Assembly (NCBI GenBank): GCA_963703315.1
Contig: OY969811.1
Coordinates: forward strand, 576,001 to 640,000
Source of the DNA: an uncultured cyanobacterium
GTDB taxonomy: Bacteria > Cyanobacteriota > Cyanobacteriia > Pseudanabaenales > Pseudanabaenaceae
Length of the DNA: 64,000 nucleotides
Reading direction: 5' to 3'
Shown: positions 1 to 9,808 of the stretch, piece by piece
Layout of the letters: every line of letters begins with the position of its first letter
How positions within the stretch are numbered: the stretch's first letter is position 1
Notes under the pieces: model-generated
What the model was told of the DNA's origin: nothing
Seen by the model: only the letters and a program-made list of their open reading frames with translations
Databases searched by the model: none
Position numbers and translations under genes: made by a program

Positions 1-2007
1 AAGGGGAATGAAATAGGTTGGTGATACTAAACCACGCTCAGGTTGTTGCCAGCGAATTAGCGCTTCTAATCCGACAATTTGCATATCATTTAGAGAGAGA
101 ATTGGTTGATAGTAAATTAGAAATTCTTGCTGAGTTTGATGAGGGTCTTGAAGTAACGCGACCGCTTTGCGTAAGTCCTTTTCGAGTTGTAACCGTTCTA
201 GAACTCGCTCTCGCATCGCAACATGGAAGATCTTGATACATGAATTACCTGTTTTTTGGGCATAAAACATGGCTGTATCGGCATCTCTAAGTAGTAGATC
301 AGGCGAAATCTCTAGAGGATCGGTTTCTGGATCTGCATTGATTTGATGGAACTTGATGCCAATATTAGTAGCAATCCCGATTTCATGTCCTGCGATCAAA
401 AATGGTTTTTGTAACCTATTTTGAATTTGCTCAGCGATGTTAGTTGCTGTTTGCTCATCGACTAAATTTTCTAGCAAGATCACAAACTCAGCGCCACCAA
501 AACGCGCCATGGATGCATTAGTACGCACAACATCGCGCAAACATTTGCTGACTTCAATTAGGAGCAAATTCCCAGTCGGACGACCAAAAGTATCATTAAT
601 AGTTTTGAAACGATCTATGTTAACCCAGATCACTGCTAGCAGAGGAGATAACGTTTCACAGTCTAGGGAAGTAGGGGACTGTTTCGCTGCTGAGTTCGGA
701 GAAACAGTCCTTTGTACTTCGCTTGCTTGAAAAGCACTATAGCGATCGGTCGTAGATACATCTTGGGGATTGAGAAGGTTTCGGAGTTTTGCTTCCATGA
801 AAGAACGATTAAATAACCCTGTTAAACGGTCATGGGTAACTTCATATTGAATTTGAGCATCAGCAATATGCAGCGATCTCTGCATTTGCCAGCGCTCTTG
901 AATTGCGATCACAAAACCTGTGATCAGAAACATCAACATCGGAATAGCGATCTTAAGCCAGTAGTTGTTGCTAAAAGCGATAAAAGCGATCGCTAGCCAT
1001 AGTCCAGATAACACAAACGCACTAATGCTCCCCAGCCATAGATTACGTCTTGGTAAGATCAAACTAATCAACAGACTTCCCAATAGAGCAAAGCTCCAGA
1101 TATCCTGATTGCCAATTACCGAAAGCGAACTTTTTTGCAGGAGATTTTGCAAAACCATAGCGTGTAAATGGACTCCATTTGCAGGAGGATTGCGATCGAA
1201 GGGAGTCACTAAACTATCTAGACCTGATGCGGTTACGCCCACTAAAACAATTTTGTTGCGAAACTCAGAAACAGCAACTTTGCCATCGATGACATCACTA
1301 AATGAGAAGTGAGGGATATTATTGACTCGTTGTGTCCAATTAATGGTTACAGTCTGGTTTAAGTCTGGTAATAGAGTTATAGATTTGGAAGTTAAGTTAT
1401 AGGTTTGCAATATTGACACTGCTAAGGATGGAACATCTTGGATCTGCAAATCCATTTGACGGACAATGCCATCGCCTTCTTCTCGTTTGAGAATATGCCC
1501 AACCGCTACACCTGCATTACTAAGGGGGGAGATCGGCAAAAGTGGCTGTCCCGAATTGTCCCAAGCCATTGATAGAACTACTCTCTGATATTTGCCGATC
1601 GCTTCTGCTAGTTGTTGATCTTCGGCACTGGCTTCAGACCAGAGAATGTCAAAGCCGATCACACTAGTTTCAGTTTGAGCGAGTTTTTGCAAAAGTTGGA
1701 CATAATAATCGCGTGTCCAAGGGAATCTACCGATTTTACGAATGCTCACATCATCGATCGCCACGATTACTAAGCGTTCATCCCAAGGGCGATCGCCACG
1801 CCAGTTCGTAAAACTATTGTATGCCCACAATTCGATGGGTTGTAATGCTCCCAAATACACCATCGCGATGATGATGATCGAGGCAAATGCAGTGGGTACA
1901 GCTCGCCAAACTAAATCAACTAGAAGCGATCGCCATCTTTGAATGCGATGATTTGCGAACAGTCGAGAACATAGTTGCGTAATCGATTCAGAGAATGGGG
2001 ATCTCAT
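1..2007 (-). CDS. CHASE2 + transmembrane + degenerate GGDEF + EAL signalling protein (runs off the left edge; not in the ORF track)
   Basis: Manual translation of segments of the minus frame from ATG at 2007 gives the CHASE2 motif DERLVIVAIDDVSIRKIGRFPWTRDYY..VIGFDILWS, TM helices, HDRLTGLFNR, MARFGGAEFVILLE, and the EAL start YYQPILSL..IVGLEALIRWQQPERGLVSP. All segments are in one frame. Confidence 0.9.
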   Translation of the reverse strand, partial: MRSPFSESITQLCSRLFANHRIQRWRSLLVDLVWRAVPTAFASIIIIAMVYLGALQPIELWAYNSFTNWRGDRPWDERLVIVAIDDVSIRKIGRFPWTRDYYVQLLQKLAQTETSVIGFDILWSEASAEDQQLAEAIGKYQRVVLSMAWDNSGQPLLPISPLSNAGVAVGHILKREEGDGIVRQMDLQIQDVPSLAVSILQTYNLTSKSITLLPDLNQTVTINWTQRVNNIPHFSFSDVIDGKVAVSEFRNKIVLVGVTASGLDSLVTPFDRNPPANGVHLHAMVLQNLLQKSSLSVIGNQDIWSFALLGSLLISLILPRRNLWLGSISAFVLSGLWLAIAFIAFSNNYWLKIAIPMLMFLITGFVIAIQERWQMQRSLHIADAQIQYEVTHDRLTGLFNRSFMEAKLRNLLNPQDVSTTDRYSAFQASEVQRTVSPNSAAKQSPTSLDCETLSPLLAVIWVNIDRFKTINDTFGRPTGNLLLIEVSKCLRDVVRTNASMARFGGAEFVILLENLVDEQTATNIAEQIQNRLQKPFLIAGHEIGIATNIGIKFHQINADPETDPLEISPDLLLRDADTAMFYAQKTGNSCIKIFHVAMRERVLERLQLEKDLRKAVALLQDPHQTQQEFLIYYQPILSLNDMQIVGLEALIRWQQPERGLVSPTYFIPL

Positions 2008-2881
2008 AAGCTTGTACTTTCCCAAGAGGTGTTTCCACCAATACTTTCACTTTGAGGCTTGAGGGTACTGGCAATTGAATGGAAAACTTGCCACTGCGAT
2101 CTAAAGATTGTTCCTGTCCATCTACCTTAACAGTATTGAAAGGATTCGTGTAACCTATTAGTAAAATGGAGCGCCCTGCCCCTAATGCTTGTTTATTAAT
2201 TAAATATTTCAAACTTGCATCGTTACTGATTGGGACTGGAGTTGATGGAGGAGAACCAACAACCGTAATATTTTGAAATCCTCCATTCACCATTTTGGTT
2301 TGCTTTTGAGCATTTGTGGCGACACTTCCCTCCAAGGTTGTCAGCAACATATTGCCATTGGGTCTGGTATGCACGACAAATTTAGTCCCTCGTACACCAC
2401 TGATACCCGCAGGGGTCTGGATATTAAGCTGAGAACCACGATTGGTAAATTTGCGAATCTGTAATCTTGCCTTGCCACGTGGTACAAACAAATTAGTGAT
2501 GCGACCACTATCGGCAGCAATCTGAAAAGAACGAATTTGAACAGTGGTATTTTCCGATAAGTAAATCGAACCGACACCTGTATCAACACTTAAAACTGCG
2601 GAGCCATTTGCGCCTGTGGAAATTTCATCGCTAGCGGATTGTAAGCGATCGCCTACTCGTGCAGGGCGACTAGCATAGTTGTACAAATTGCGATAAGTGA
2701 CGGCTCCTGATACTTGGTCAACTTTCAACCATTGATCAGCTCGAACTTGGATACTTCCTTGAGCCGCCGCCTTTTGAGCATCTTGATACAACAAAGTAAA
2801 ATTTGAGGTATCAATGAGAATACCTAAGCAAGTTACAAAAATTAGTTTTAGGCTTCCACAGACTTTTCGCTTTTGTGGCAT
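1988..2881 (-). CDS. FecR-domain protein, probably exported
   Basis: N-terminal hydrophobic segment; FecR motifs STGANGSAVL and IQTPAGISGVRGTKF; C-terminal Ig-like segment; overlaps the start of the CHASE2 gene. Confidence 0.8.
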   Translation of the reverse strand: MPQKRKVCGSLKLIFVTCLGILIDTSNFTLLYQDAQKAAAQGSIQVRADQWLKVDQVSGAVTYRNLYNYASRPARVGDRLQSASDEISTGANGSAVLSVDTGVGSIYLSENTTVQIRSFQIAADSGRITNLFVPRGKARLQIRKFTNRGSQLNIQTPAGISGVRGTKFVVHTRPNGNMLLTTLEGSVATNAQKQTKMVNGGFQNITVVGSPPSTPVPISNDASLKYLINKQALGAGRSILLIGYTNPFNTVKVDGQEQSLDRSGKFSIQLPVPSSLKVKVLVETPLGKVQAYEIPIL

Positions 2882-2995
2882 TTCGATAGATGTTAAAAAA
2901 TCATTTGAATAAAGTAAAGGTAAAACACAAGGTCAATTGTGATAGGTCTAACTTTTACTGTTTTATATCGTAAACCCTATAGACGACATAATACC

Positions 2996-3028
2996 AAAGC
3001 CCAAAATAGCTACGCCATTTTGGGCTTT
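2996..3028. repeat. Palindromic hairpin
   Basis: AAAGCCCAAAAT-AGC-TAC-GCC-ATTTTGGGCTTT. Confidence 0.8.
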
Positions 3029-3079
3029 GCAAACCCTTGCTGGGTTTGGTTTTCAATTCACAAAAGTATCGGCACACTA

Positions 3080-3118
3080 AAATTAGAGTTGCGGTGCAAA
3101 GCGCCGCAACTCTAATTT
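3080..3118. repeat. Palindromic hairpin related to the family D repeats
   Basis: AAATTAGAGTTGCGGTGC-AAA-GCGCCGCAACTCTAATTT. Confidence 0.85.
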
Positions 3119-3125
3119 GGGGTTT

Positions 3126-3209
3126 TAAGTAGTTGGGCATAATTAAAAAACATAACCAAAACCTATGGCGCACGCGCAGCGTGCGCCATAGGTTTTGGTT
3201 AGCTACTTA
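3126..3209. mobile_element. MITE-like element, family A (TAAGTAG...CTACTTA ends, central hairpin), shortened copy
   Basis: Ends are TAAGTAGTTGGGCATAATTAAA and AGCTACTTA; inner hairpin AACCAAAACCTATGGCGCACGC-GCA-GCGTGCGCCATAGGTTTTGGTT; similar to 5090-5193. Confidence 0.7.
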
Positions 3210-4283
3210 TAGCAGTTCATAATTAGCTGATTGGGCTAGAAAATCTCGTAAACGCCGTGAAATTAATTCGCGGCTACCCATTCTGCGCCCAAGCTCTTTT
3301 TCTAATGCCCCAACAGGAGTAAGGTTTTGTGGCGCACGGGGATCGCGGGTCGGATGGGAGGCATATTGGGGAATTAAATAGGTGCTTTGATCGGCGATCG
3401 CCTTAGCCCGATTTAGATCAAGACCACCATCAAGGTCAATGCGAATAATCCCGTGTAAGTCGTGATAGCCCAGTTTTTTGTAATTTATATCTTTACTTCC
3501 CGATCGCAAATACCAACTGAGATTCGAGCCATGAGTATTAGAAATCCGAAAAATCGGGGTGCGTTCTCCCAATTTTAGCGATCGCATGACTTGGGCATTG
3601 TCACCTTTAAGATAGGCTTTACCCATTGTTTTGACATAGCCAATCGTATCGTAGGGAGTTTGATAAACGCGATAGAGCAGAGGACCATCCCGCACAATCA
3701 GCGTATTTTCTTGAATCAATTCCTTATTTAAAGAAAGCTCATTCGCTATTCTTAACTCCTCATCGAGCATGGCACTCTGGACTATTTGCGAAGGGGTATC
3801 AGGATCGTTGTTACTACTCGTGAGGCAATAGTCATATTTCAAATCGCCTCGACCACTGACAGGACAAGGGATTACCGTCGGTGGAGCCGTGAGATTACCT
3901 CCCAAAGCGATAATTCTTCTTACTTTCGTCGCAATACATTTAGCACGACTGATGGTTCGATCAACTAATACTGCACCAACGGCGATCGTAGCAAAGGCTC
4001 CGTATAAAATGTCATCATCACTGCGTCCCAAAAACCTTGCATCCAGCCGTAAGCGCCCATCAATAAACAAAATTTGATGAGGAAGTTCTGGGGCGATCGC
4101 CGCACGGATCGGTTGCCATTCCCCATTGCTAACTTCAAATTCGGTATTTACCTTGTCACTAGTGGGGATTTCTTCAGGATTGATACTGACTGGAGCATCG
4201 TAACCAATGCTCCAAGGTTCGAGTCGAATATTGTATTCACTCCAAAAGTTTTTTGCTATAGGTGTTGCAAGGTTAGTCATCAT
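3207..4283 (-). CDS. NurA-family (RNase H-fold) nuclease
   Basis: Motifs LFIDGRLR, IVRDGPL, GYVKT, LGERTPIF, SWYLR and DPRAPQNLTPVGALEKEL, typical of bacterial NurA-like proteins. Confidence 0.75.
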   Translation of the reverse strand: MMTNLATPIAKNFWSEYNIRLEPWSIGYDAPVSINPEEIPTSDKVNTEFEVSNGEWQPIRAAIAPELPHQILFIDGRLRLDARFLGRSDDDILYGAFATIAVGAVLVDRTISRAKCIATKVRRIIALGGNLTAPPTVIPCPVSGRGDLKYDYCLTSSNNDPDTPSQIVQSAMLDEELRIANELSLNKELIQENTLIVRDGPLLYRVYQTPYDTIGYVKTMGKAYLKGDNAQVMRSLKLGERTPIFRISNTHGSNLSWYLRSGSKDINYKKLGYHDLHGIIRIDLDGGLDLNRAKAIADQSTYLIPQYASHPTRDPRAPQNLTPVGALEKELGRRMGSRELISRRLRDFLAQSANYELL

Positions 4284-5056
4284 TTGAGTTTTACTTCCGA
4301 TGATTGATGTAATGGCAACTGTGTAGTTACCGAAGTTCCATCAGTATTAAACAAATCACAGGAAATGGGAAGACGACTAATATTTTTATTGCTACCAATC
4401 ACCACGATCGCCGCTCCTTTGACTAGCTTTTGATTGGGATCGGGATTAATCTCAAACTTTTGATCGTGACTAACGGCAATCACATTCACACCATAGTGAG
4501 CGCGGAGCTTTAGATCTAAAATCGTTTTACCATCAAACTCTTCAGGAACCATGACTTCGACAATGCTATTGTCAGGATCGAGTTCAAAGCGTTCTAAAAT
4601 GCCACGTTGGGTTAGCGATCGCGCTAACGCTCTTCCCATTTCGGCTTCAGGATAAACGACCAGATCTGCACCAACTTTTTTGAGCAATGTGCCATGTACC
4701 TCCGATGAAGCCTTGGCAACGACATGGTTAACCCCTGCTTCTTTCACATTGAGGGTGGTGATAATACTCTCTTCCAAAAAGTTACCGATCGCCACAATCA
4801 CTGTATCAATTTCGAGAATGCCTGATTCTTTAAGGGCGAGGGGATTAGTGGAATCTAACTGAATGCAATGGGCAGCAAGGTTATGCGCTCGTACATAGCT
4901 AACACTCTCTTCATCTTTGTCTACGGCTAAAACTTCATATCCCAATCGATCAAGGGTAGAGCATACTGAGCGCCCAAAACGCCCTAAACCAATGACCGCA
5001 AATTGTTTGTTCTCAGTGCGAAGACTACGAAAAAAGCTTAAAGAAGATATATCCAC
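4280..5056 (-). CDS. ktrA: Ktr/Trk K+ uptake regulatory (RCK, NAD-binding) subunit
   Basis: FAVIGLGRFG Rossmann motif, VGADLVVYPEAEMG, TrkA-C domain; adjacent to the permease. Confidence 0.92.
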   Translation of the reverse strand: MDISSLSFFRSLRTENKQFAVIGLGRFGRSVCSTLDRLGYEVLAVDKDEESVSYVRAHNLAAHCIQLDSTNPLALKESGILEIDTVIVAIGNFLEESIITTLNVKEAGVNHVVAKASSEVHGTLLKKVGADLVVYPEAEMGRALARSLTQRGILERFELDPDNSIVEVMVPEEFDGKTILDLKLRAHYGVNVIAVSHDQKFEINPDPNQKLVKGAAIVVIGSNKNISRLPISCDLFNTDGTSVTTQLPLHQSSEVKLK

Positions 5057-5089
5057 AAAATTTTCCTTTCCTAATTATTAAATTTTCTG

Positions 5090-5193
5090 TAAGTAACTGG
5101 GCATAATTAAAACCCAGATCCAAAACCTGTGGCGCACGCTGCGCGTGCGCCACAGGTTTTGGGGTTTTATATTTAATTGCGCCTAGCTACTTA
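5090..5193. mobile_element. MITE-like element, family A (104 bp)
   Basis: 22-bp imperfect terminal inverted repeats TAAGTAACTGGGCATAATTAAA / TTTAATTGCGCCTAGCTACTTA; inner perfect hairpin CCAAAACCTGTGGCGCACGC-TGC-GCGTGCGCCACAGGTTTTGG. Confidence 0.75.
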
Positions 5194-5197
5194 ATGA

Positions 5198-6532
5198 TTA
5201 TCCGACCAACATTGACTCTTGGGGATATTTAAGCAAACTAGGTTTGGTATCAGTAAATATCGCTGCCATCAATAGTAATATTCCCACCCGACCGATATAC
5301 ATGGTGGCAATAATTACTAGTCGTCCTGCTACCGATAATGAGCCTGTAATACCTGTGGATAAACCCACTGTCGCAAAAGCGGAAGTTGATTCAAAGAGGA
5401 TACTGATAAAGCTCATATTGCGATCGGTTATTGACAATAAACCTGTTGAACAAATCACCGTAAATAATGAACCTACGGCAACACCTACTGCTTTTAAAAT
5501 TAGTCCATTGGGTACTTGTAATTTATACAAATTGACTTGATCTCGACCTTGCAAAGCGGCTCCAGTACAACTCGCTAAGATCCTTGTGGTTGTGGTTTTG
5601 ATGCCGCCGCCTGTACTGCCGGGGCTTGCACCGATAAACATCAAGGCGATCGTGATAAATAGCCCAGTTACATTCATTTTGCCATTATCAATTGTATTGA
5701 ATCCAGCCGTGCGCGTGGTGACCGACTGAAACCATGCCGCTACAATCTGATCAAACAGGGATAGATTGCCCAGAGTGTCATTATTTTGAAATTCCGTAAA
5801 CCAGAACAATATCGTTCCCAATAGGAGTAAGGCGATCGTGGTACTGGTGACTACGCAAAAGGTCAAGCTAAAGGAAATGTATTCATTATTACGTGAAAAC
5901 TTTGTCCGCAACCATAGATATCCCTCTAAAATCACCTGATAGCCAATGCCACCAAATATAATCAATAAGCCAATAATGATACTGACTATCGGCGTATTCA
6001 CGTAGCCCATTAAGTTATCGGTGAACAGGCTAAAGCCTGCATTATTAAAAGCATTGACACTATGAAAGATTGCTTGCCAAACACTGTCGGTAAAGCTCAT
6101 CTTTTGATTAAAGATGGGAATTAGGGCAAATACCCCAGTCAATTCAAATAGCAGTGTCACGGCAATGATGGACTTCACTAATTGCAAACCGCCACGAATG
6201 CCTGTGGTATCTAGGGATTGCTGCAAAGTTACTTTGTCGCGCAGACTAAATTTACGTCCAATTAGTAACATCAGAACGGAGGTGGCTGTCATATAGCCCA
6301 AGCCGCCCACTTGGACTAAGAGCATTAAAAATAGCTGTCCCCAAAAGGAATAAAACTTACCGACATCTACCACGGATAGCCCTGTGACACATACGGCAGA
6401 AGTAGATGTAAATAAAGCGGTGATGGGGTCTGTCCATGTGCCATTGCTAGAGGATAGGGGCAGCATTAATAAAAATGCGCCTAGGGAGATAACCGCAAAA
6501 AAGCCGAGACAGATGGTTCTAGCAGGGTTCAC
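5198..6532 (-). CDS. ktrB: Ktr/Trk K+ uptake membrane subunit (TrkH family)
   Basis: Four pore-loop motifs SAVCVTGL, AFNNAGF, TRTAGF and SAFATVGL, plus GASPGSTGGGIK. Confidence 0.95.
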   Translation of the reverse strand: MNPARTICLGFFAVISLGAFLLMLPLSSSNGTWTDPITALFTSTSAVCVTGLSVVDVGKFYSFWGQLFLMLLVQVGGLGYMTATSVLMLLIGRKFSLRDKVTLQQSLDTTGIRGGLQLVKSIIAVTLLFELTGVFALIPIFNQKMSFTDSVWQAIFHSVNAFNNAGFSLFTDNLMGYVNTPIVSIIIGLLIIFGGIGYQVILEGYLWLRTKFSRNNEYISFSLTFCVVTSTTIALLLLGTILFWFTEFQNNDTLGNLSLFDQIVAAWFQSVTTRTAGFNTIDNGKMNVTGLFITIALMFIGASPGSTGGGIKTTTTRILASCTGAALQGRDQVNLYKLQVPNGLILKAVGVAVGSLFTVICSTGLLSITDRNMSFISILFESTSAFATVGLSTGITGSLSVAGRLVIIATMYIGRVGILLLMAAIFTDTKPSLLKYPQESMLVG

Positions 6533-6633
6533 ATTTATTTCCGTTTTATATCTCTAAGGTACAAAGTCAATCTTATAGCGATCGCCTATAACAATAACTG
6601 AGGACAGATTAAAAAAGGAACAAATTTCGCCAG

Positions 6634-6981
6634 TCATAAAGGAAGATAGTAGATCTGACCTTCCAATTCTCCTTCGAGACTGCAATCTAAGATGAATAAC
6701 AGATCTTCAATTACTCGCCCAATAGGAGCATCAAAAGTAACTTCAATAACTCCTGTCATGGATTTACCTGCTGCCATTCGCTCATAGGCATAGCGCGTTA
6801 TGGTAGCAACATCATGAGTTAAAAGTACACGATTTTCTTGAGCTGCCCACTCTAGTACAGTTGGATCGTCCTTTCCTGCTAATCCAACATCTCGAACACT
6901 AACTACATCAACATCTGGCTTACGACGTAATACCCCTCTGATAATTGTGTTATCGAAGTTTTCATCAGCTAGAAACTTCAT
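6634..6981 (-). CDS. DUF5615-type PIN-like putative toxin
   Basis: MKFLADEN, DPTVLEWA..ENRVLLTHD; 4-bp overlap with the upstream DUF433 gene. Confidence 0.85.
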   Translation of the reverse strand: MKFLADENFDNTIIRGVLRRKPDVDVVSVRDVGLAGKDDPTVLEWAAQENRVLLTHDVATITRYAYERMAAGKSMTGVIEVTFDAPIGRVIEDLLFILDCSLEGELEGQIYYLPL

Positions 6982-7313
6982 GAAGCTTGCTCTACCTGAC
7001 GCGCAACTAATCTGTCGCGTAATCCTTGAGGATCAAATTTTGCCTCGTTCATTTTGCGGATTGTTTGTGCTTGATTTTGCCTTTGCTGTAAATATGTTTC
7101 GACTTCTTGCTGATGATTGAGGTAAAAGCTAATTGTGGTGTAGATATCGGCTAGTTTTAGTGATGGATAACGATAAACAATTTCTTCAGCCGTTGCACCA
7201 TTCTGAAAGGTTTTGATGACTGTATCAAGGGTGACACGGGTTTTGCCAACGCGCACTACGCCATCGATGTCGGTTTGGAGTGGAACTGGTTCGGCAGTAA
7301 CTACTAATGTCAT
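6978..7313 (-). CDS. DUF433 putative antitoxin
   Basis: VGKTRVTLDTVI..GATAEEIVYRYPSLKLADIY. Confidence 0.88.
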   Translation of the reverse strand: MTLVVTAEPVPLQTDIDGVVRVGKTRVTLDTVIKTFQNGATAEEIVYRYPSLKLADIYTTISFYLNHQQEVETYLQQRQNQAQTIRKMNEAKFDPQGLRDRLVARQVEQAS

Positions 7314-7520
7314 AATGGTTTTAGGACTTACTACTATTCATAATAATGCGAATACTTGATAAGTAATCATCTTCTAAATATTATGCCTTCCTAAATCAAA
7401 CAATGATTTAATTTACCAAACCTGTTGCGTACTTGTGAATAAGATCAGCTAATATTCGATCAAGCAATCTAAAACAGATAAATTATTGTATCAATGAATG
7501 TAAAAAAGAAGTAAAAAGCC

Positions 7521-9512
7521 ATGGATAATATTCAGATTACATCTTCAGGCATCAAAAAAGCACTTAAGAGATATGACTGTGCACATATGTCTATTGCAGA
7601 GTACATATGGAATGGATTTGATGCACAAGCTACTCAAGTATCTATATATTTTCAAGCTAATGAAATTGGGAATATATCACAGCTAAAAATAGTAGATAAT
7701 GGATATGGCATTCCTGATTCAACTAGATTTAAACCTTTTCTAGAATCAGCCAAAGAAATTGACCCTAAGTCCCCAAAGAACTCCTCAGCTATTCACGGGA
7801 AAAATGGCGTAGGTAGATTAACATTTTTTACTTTTGCTTATTCTGCCAATTGGGAAACTGTTTATGAGGAAGATGGCAAAAGATATAAATATAGTATATT
7901 GGTTGACTCTACAAGCTTAGATAAATATAAAGCATCAGATTTGACTGAGACTTTAGAACCAACAGGTACGACTGTCTTATTTAAAGGTATCTATGAAATT
8001 ACTTCTGATAATTTTGAGGCTGATATTCAAGAGTTTTTATGTAGAGATTTTTGTTGGTTTCTTGAACTCAACTCATTCCGAAGATTCTCAGTAAGAATAA
8101 ATAATGTAGAATTGAATTACAAGGAAACTATGATTGGTGAACAAGAAATTATTCATCATGATATTGAGGGTAATTCATTTAAAATAAAATTTGTAAGATG
8201 GATCCAAAGCTTAAACAGAGAATATTCAAGGTACTATTTTATAGATTCTAATGGAAACGAAATATTAAAAAATACTACCACTTTAAATAATAAAGGGGAT
8301 GGTTTCTTTCATAGCATATATATCAGCAGTGATTTTTTTGACAAGCAGAACAATGTTAATGTATATGAAACGTCTCTTTTTAAGACTACAGATGAGGGTA
8401 AAGTTTATAAAGACTTGATGGTTTTTGTCGATTGTTTACTTAAAGATAAAAGAAAACCGTTTCTTAGAAAAGCTTCTGACAAGATTATTGATAACTTTGA
8501 AAAAACTGGAGTATTTCCAAACTTTAAAAAAAATCCTTGGGAACAGTATAGAAAAGATGAACTAGAAAACTTTATCAAGGATTTATATCAGGTTGAGCCT
8601 AAAATATTCAGTGAATTGAAGATAGAACAAAAAAAAGTGTTTGTTCACTTCCTAAATCTAATAATTGACTCAGGTGAACGAGATAAACTAATTGAAGTTT
8701 TAAGTGAAATAATAACTCTTTCACATTCTGAAATAGAGCATCTAGCTGAATCATTAAAGACCTCTAAACTTTCAAATATTATCAAAACCGTTAGATTAAT
8801 AGAAGATCGATATAAGGCTATTGATCAGCTTAAAAATTTAGTTTTTAACCCTAATTTAAAAGCTAACGAACGAGATCATGTACAGAAGTTTGTCGAGAAT
8901 CACTACTGGATTTTGGGCGAACAATATCATCTTGTAACTGCTGCTGAGCCTAAATTTGATGAAGCATTGCGTCGTTTTATTTATCTTCTGAGAGGAGAAA
9001 AACCTGTCGTATCAATTGATCATCCAGACAAAAACAAAGAAATGGATATATTTATGGTTAGACAACTTTTTCATGACTCATCTATAAGTAATGTAGTTGT
9101 TGAACTAAAACATCCTAAAATCAAGCTTGGGGCAAAGGAATTAGAACAGGTAAAGACATATATGGGAGTCATATTAGAACAAGATGAATTTAATGCTCCA
9201 AATATGAACTGGGACTTTTATCTGATTGGAAATGATTTTGCTCAGTCTGGTTATATTGATCGAGAGATAAAGAATCTTAAAATGTATGGAGAAAAATCAT
9301 TGGTTTACTCTGTTGACAATTATAAAATATATGTCAAAAAGTGGAGTGAAATATTTACTGATTTTGAATTAAGACACAAATTTTTATATGAAAAACTTGA
9401 ATTAGAAAGAGCAAAACTTACTGTAACTAGTGGAAGTGCAAATACTATAGTAGCTAATATTCCCCAAAATACTGCTGTACAATCTCCACAATTTAATGTT
9501 CCAGATTATTAA
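7521..9512 (+). CDS. GHKL (MORC/MutL-like) ATPase fused to a C-terminal PD-(D/E)xK-type nuclease; candidate defence protein
   Basis: GHKL motifs EYIWNGFDA, IVDNGYGI, HGKNGVGR and TGTTV; C-terminal E..QKFVENHYWILG, EMDIF, VVELKHP, EQVKTY; AT-rich, no HIP1 site seen. Confidence 0.8.
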   Translation: MDNIQITSSGIKKALKRYDCAHMSIAEYIWNGFDAQATQVSIYFQANEIGNISQLKIVDNGYGIPDSTRFKPFLESAKEIDPKSPKNSSAIHGKNGVGRLTFFTFAYSANWETVYEEDGKRYKYSILVDSTSLDKYKASDLTETLEPTGTTVLFKGIYEITSDNFEADIQEFLCRDFCWFLELNSFRRFSVRINNVELNYKETMIGEQEIIHHDIEGNSFKIKFVRWIQSLNREYSRYYFIDSNGNEILKNTTTLNNKGDGFFHSIYISSDFFDKQNNVNVYETSLFKTTDEGKVYKDLMVFVDCLLKDKRKPFLRKASDKIIDNFEKTGVFPNFKKNPWEQYRKDELENFIKDLYQVEPKIFSELKIEQKKVFVHFLNLIIDSGERDKLIEVLSEIITLSHSEIEHLAESLKTSKLSNIIKTVRLIEDRYKAIDQLKNLVFNPNLKANERDHVQKFVENHYWILGEQYHLVTAAEPKFDEALRRFIYLLRGEKPVVSIDHPDKNKEMDIFMVRQLFHDSSISNVVVELKHPKIKLGAKELEQVKTYMGVILEQDEFNAPNMNWDFYLIGNDFAQSGYIDREIKNLKMYGEKSLVYSVDNYKIYVKKWSEIFTDFELRHKFLYEKLELERAKLTVTSGSANTIVANIPQNTAVQSPQFNVPDY

Positions 9513-9547
9513 ATCTATTCCTCATCTATTGTTGCCATAAATAAAAA

Positions 9548-9808
9548 CTAAAATTGAGATTTAGAACGATTTTCTCGCACAAAATCAAGACATTCAGCCA
9601 AATCATCACATTGCCAAGTTCCCGCATGACGCAACAAATCACTGGCTTTTTTATTGCGCTTCAGAGGCGGAATACGGCGAAACTGCTTATTATTCGCATC
9701 GTCTTTAGCCTCAATCGAATCAATAAAACTGCTAACCAAGAAAAGGCGTTCTAGTGGCAATTGAGCTATTTGATGTTCAACTTTTTCTCGTAACTTAGAG
9801 TAAGTCAT
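9548..9808 (-). CDS. Small antitoxin-like protein (DUF2281-like), orphan
   Basis: IAQLPLERLFLVSSFIDSI and LLRHAGTWQCDDLAECL resemble cyanobacterial antitoxin-like proteins; AGGAGG precedes the ATG at 9808. Confidence 0.55.
   Translation of the reverse strand: MTYSKLREKVEHQIAQLPLERLFLVSSFIDSIEAKDDANNKQFRRIPPLKRNKKASDLLRHAGTWQCDDLAECLDFVRENRSKSQF

Noticed and set aside
2955..3173. 72-aa ORF
   Set aside because: Made almost entirely of palindromic repeats, with no protein-like motif.
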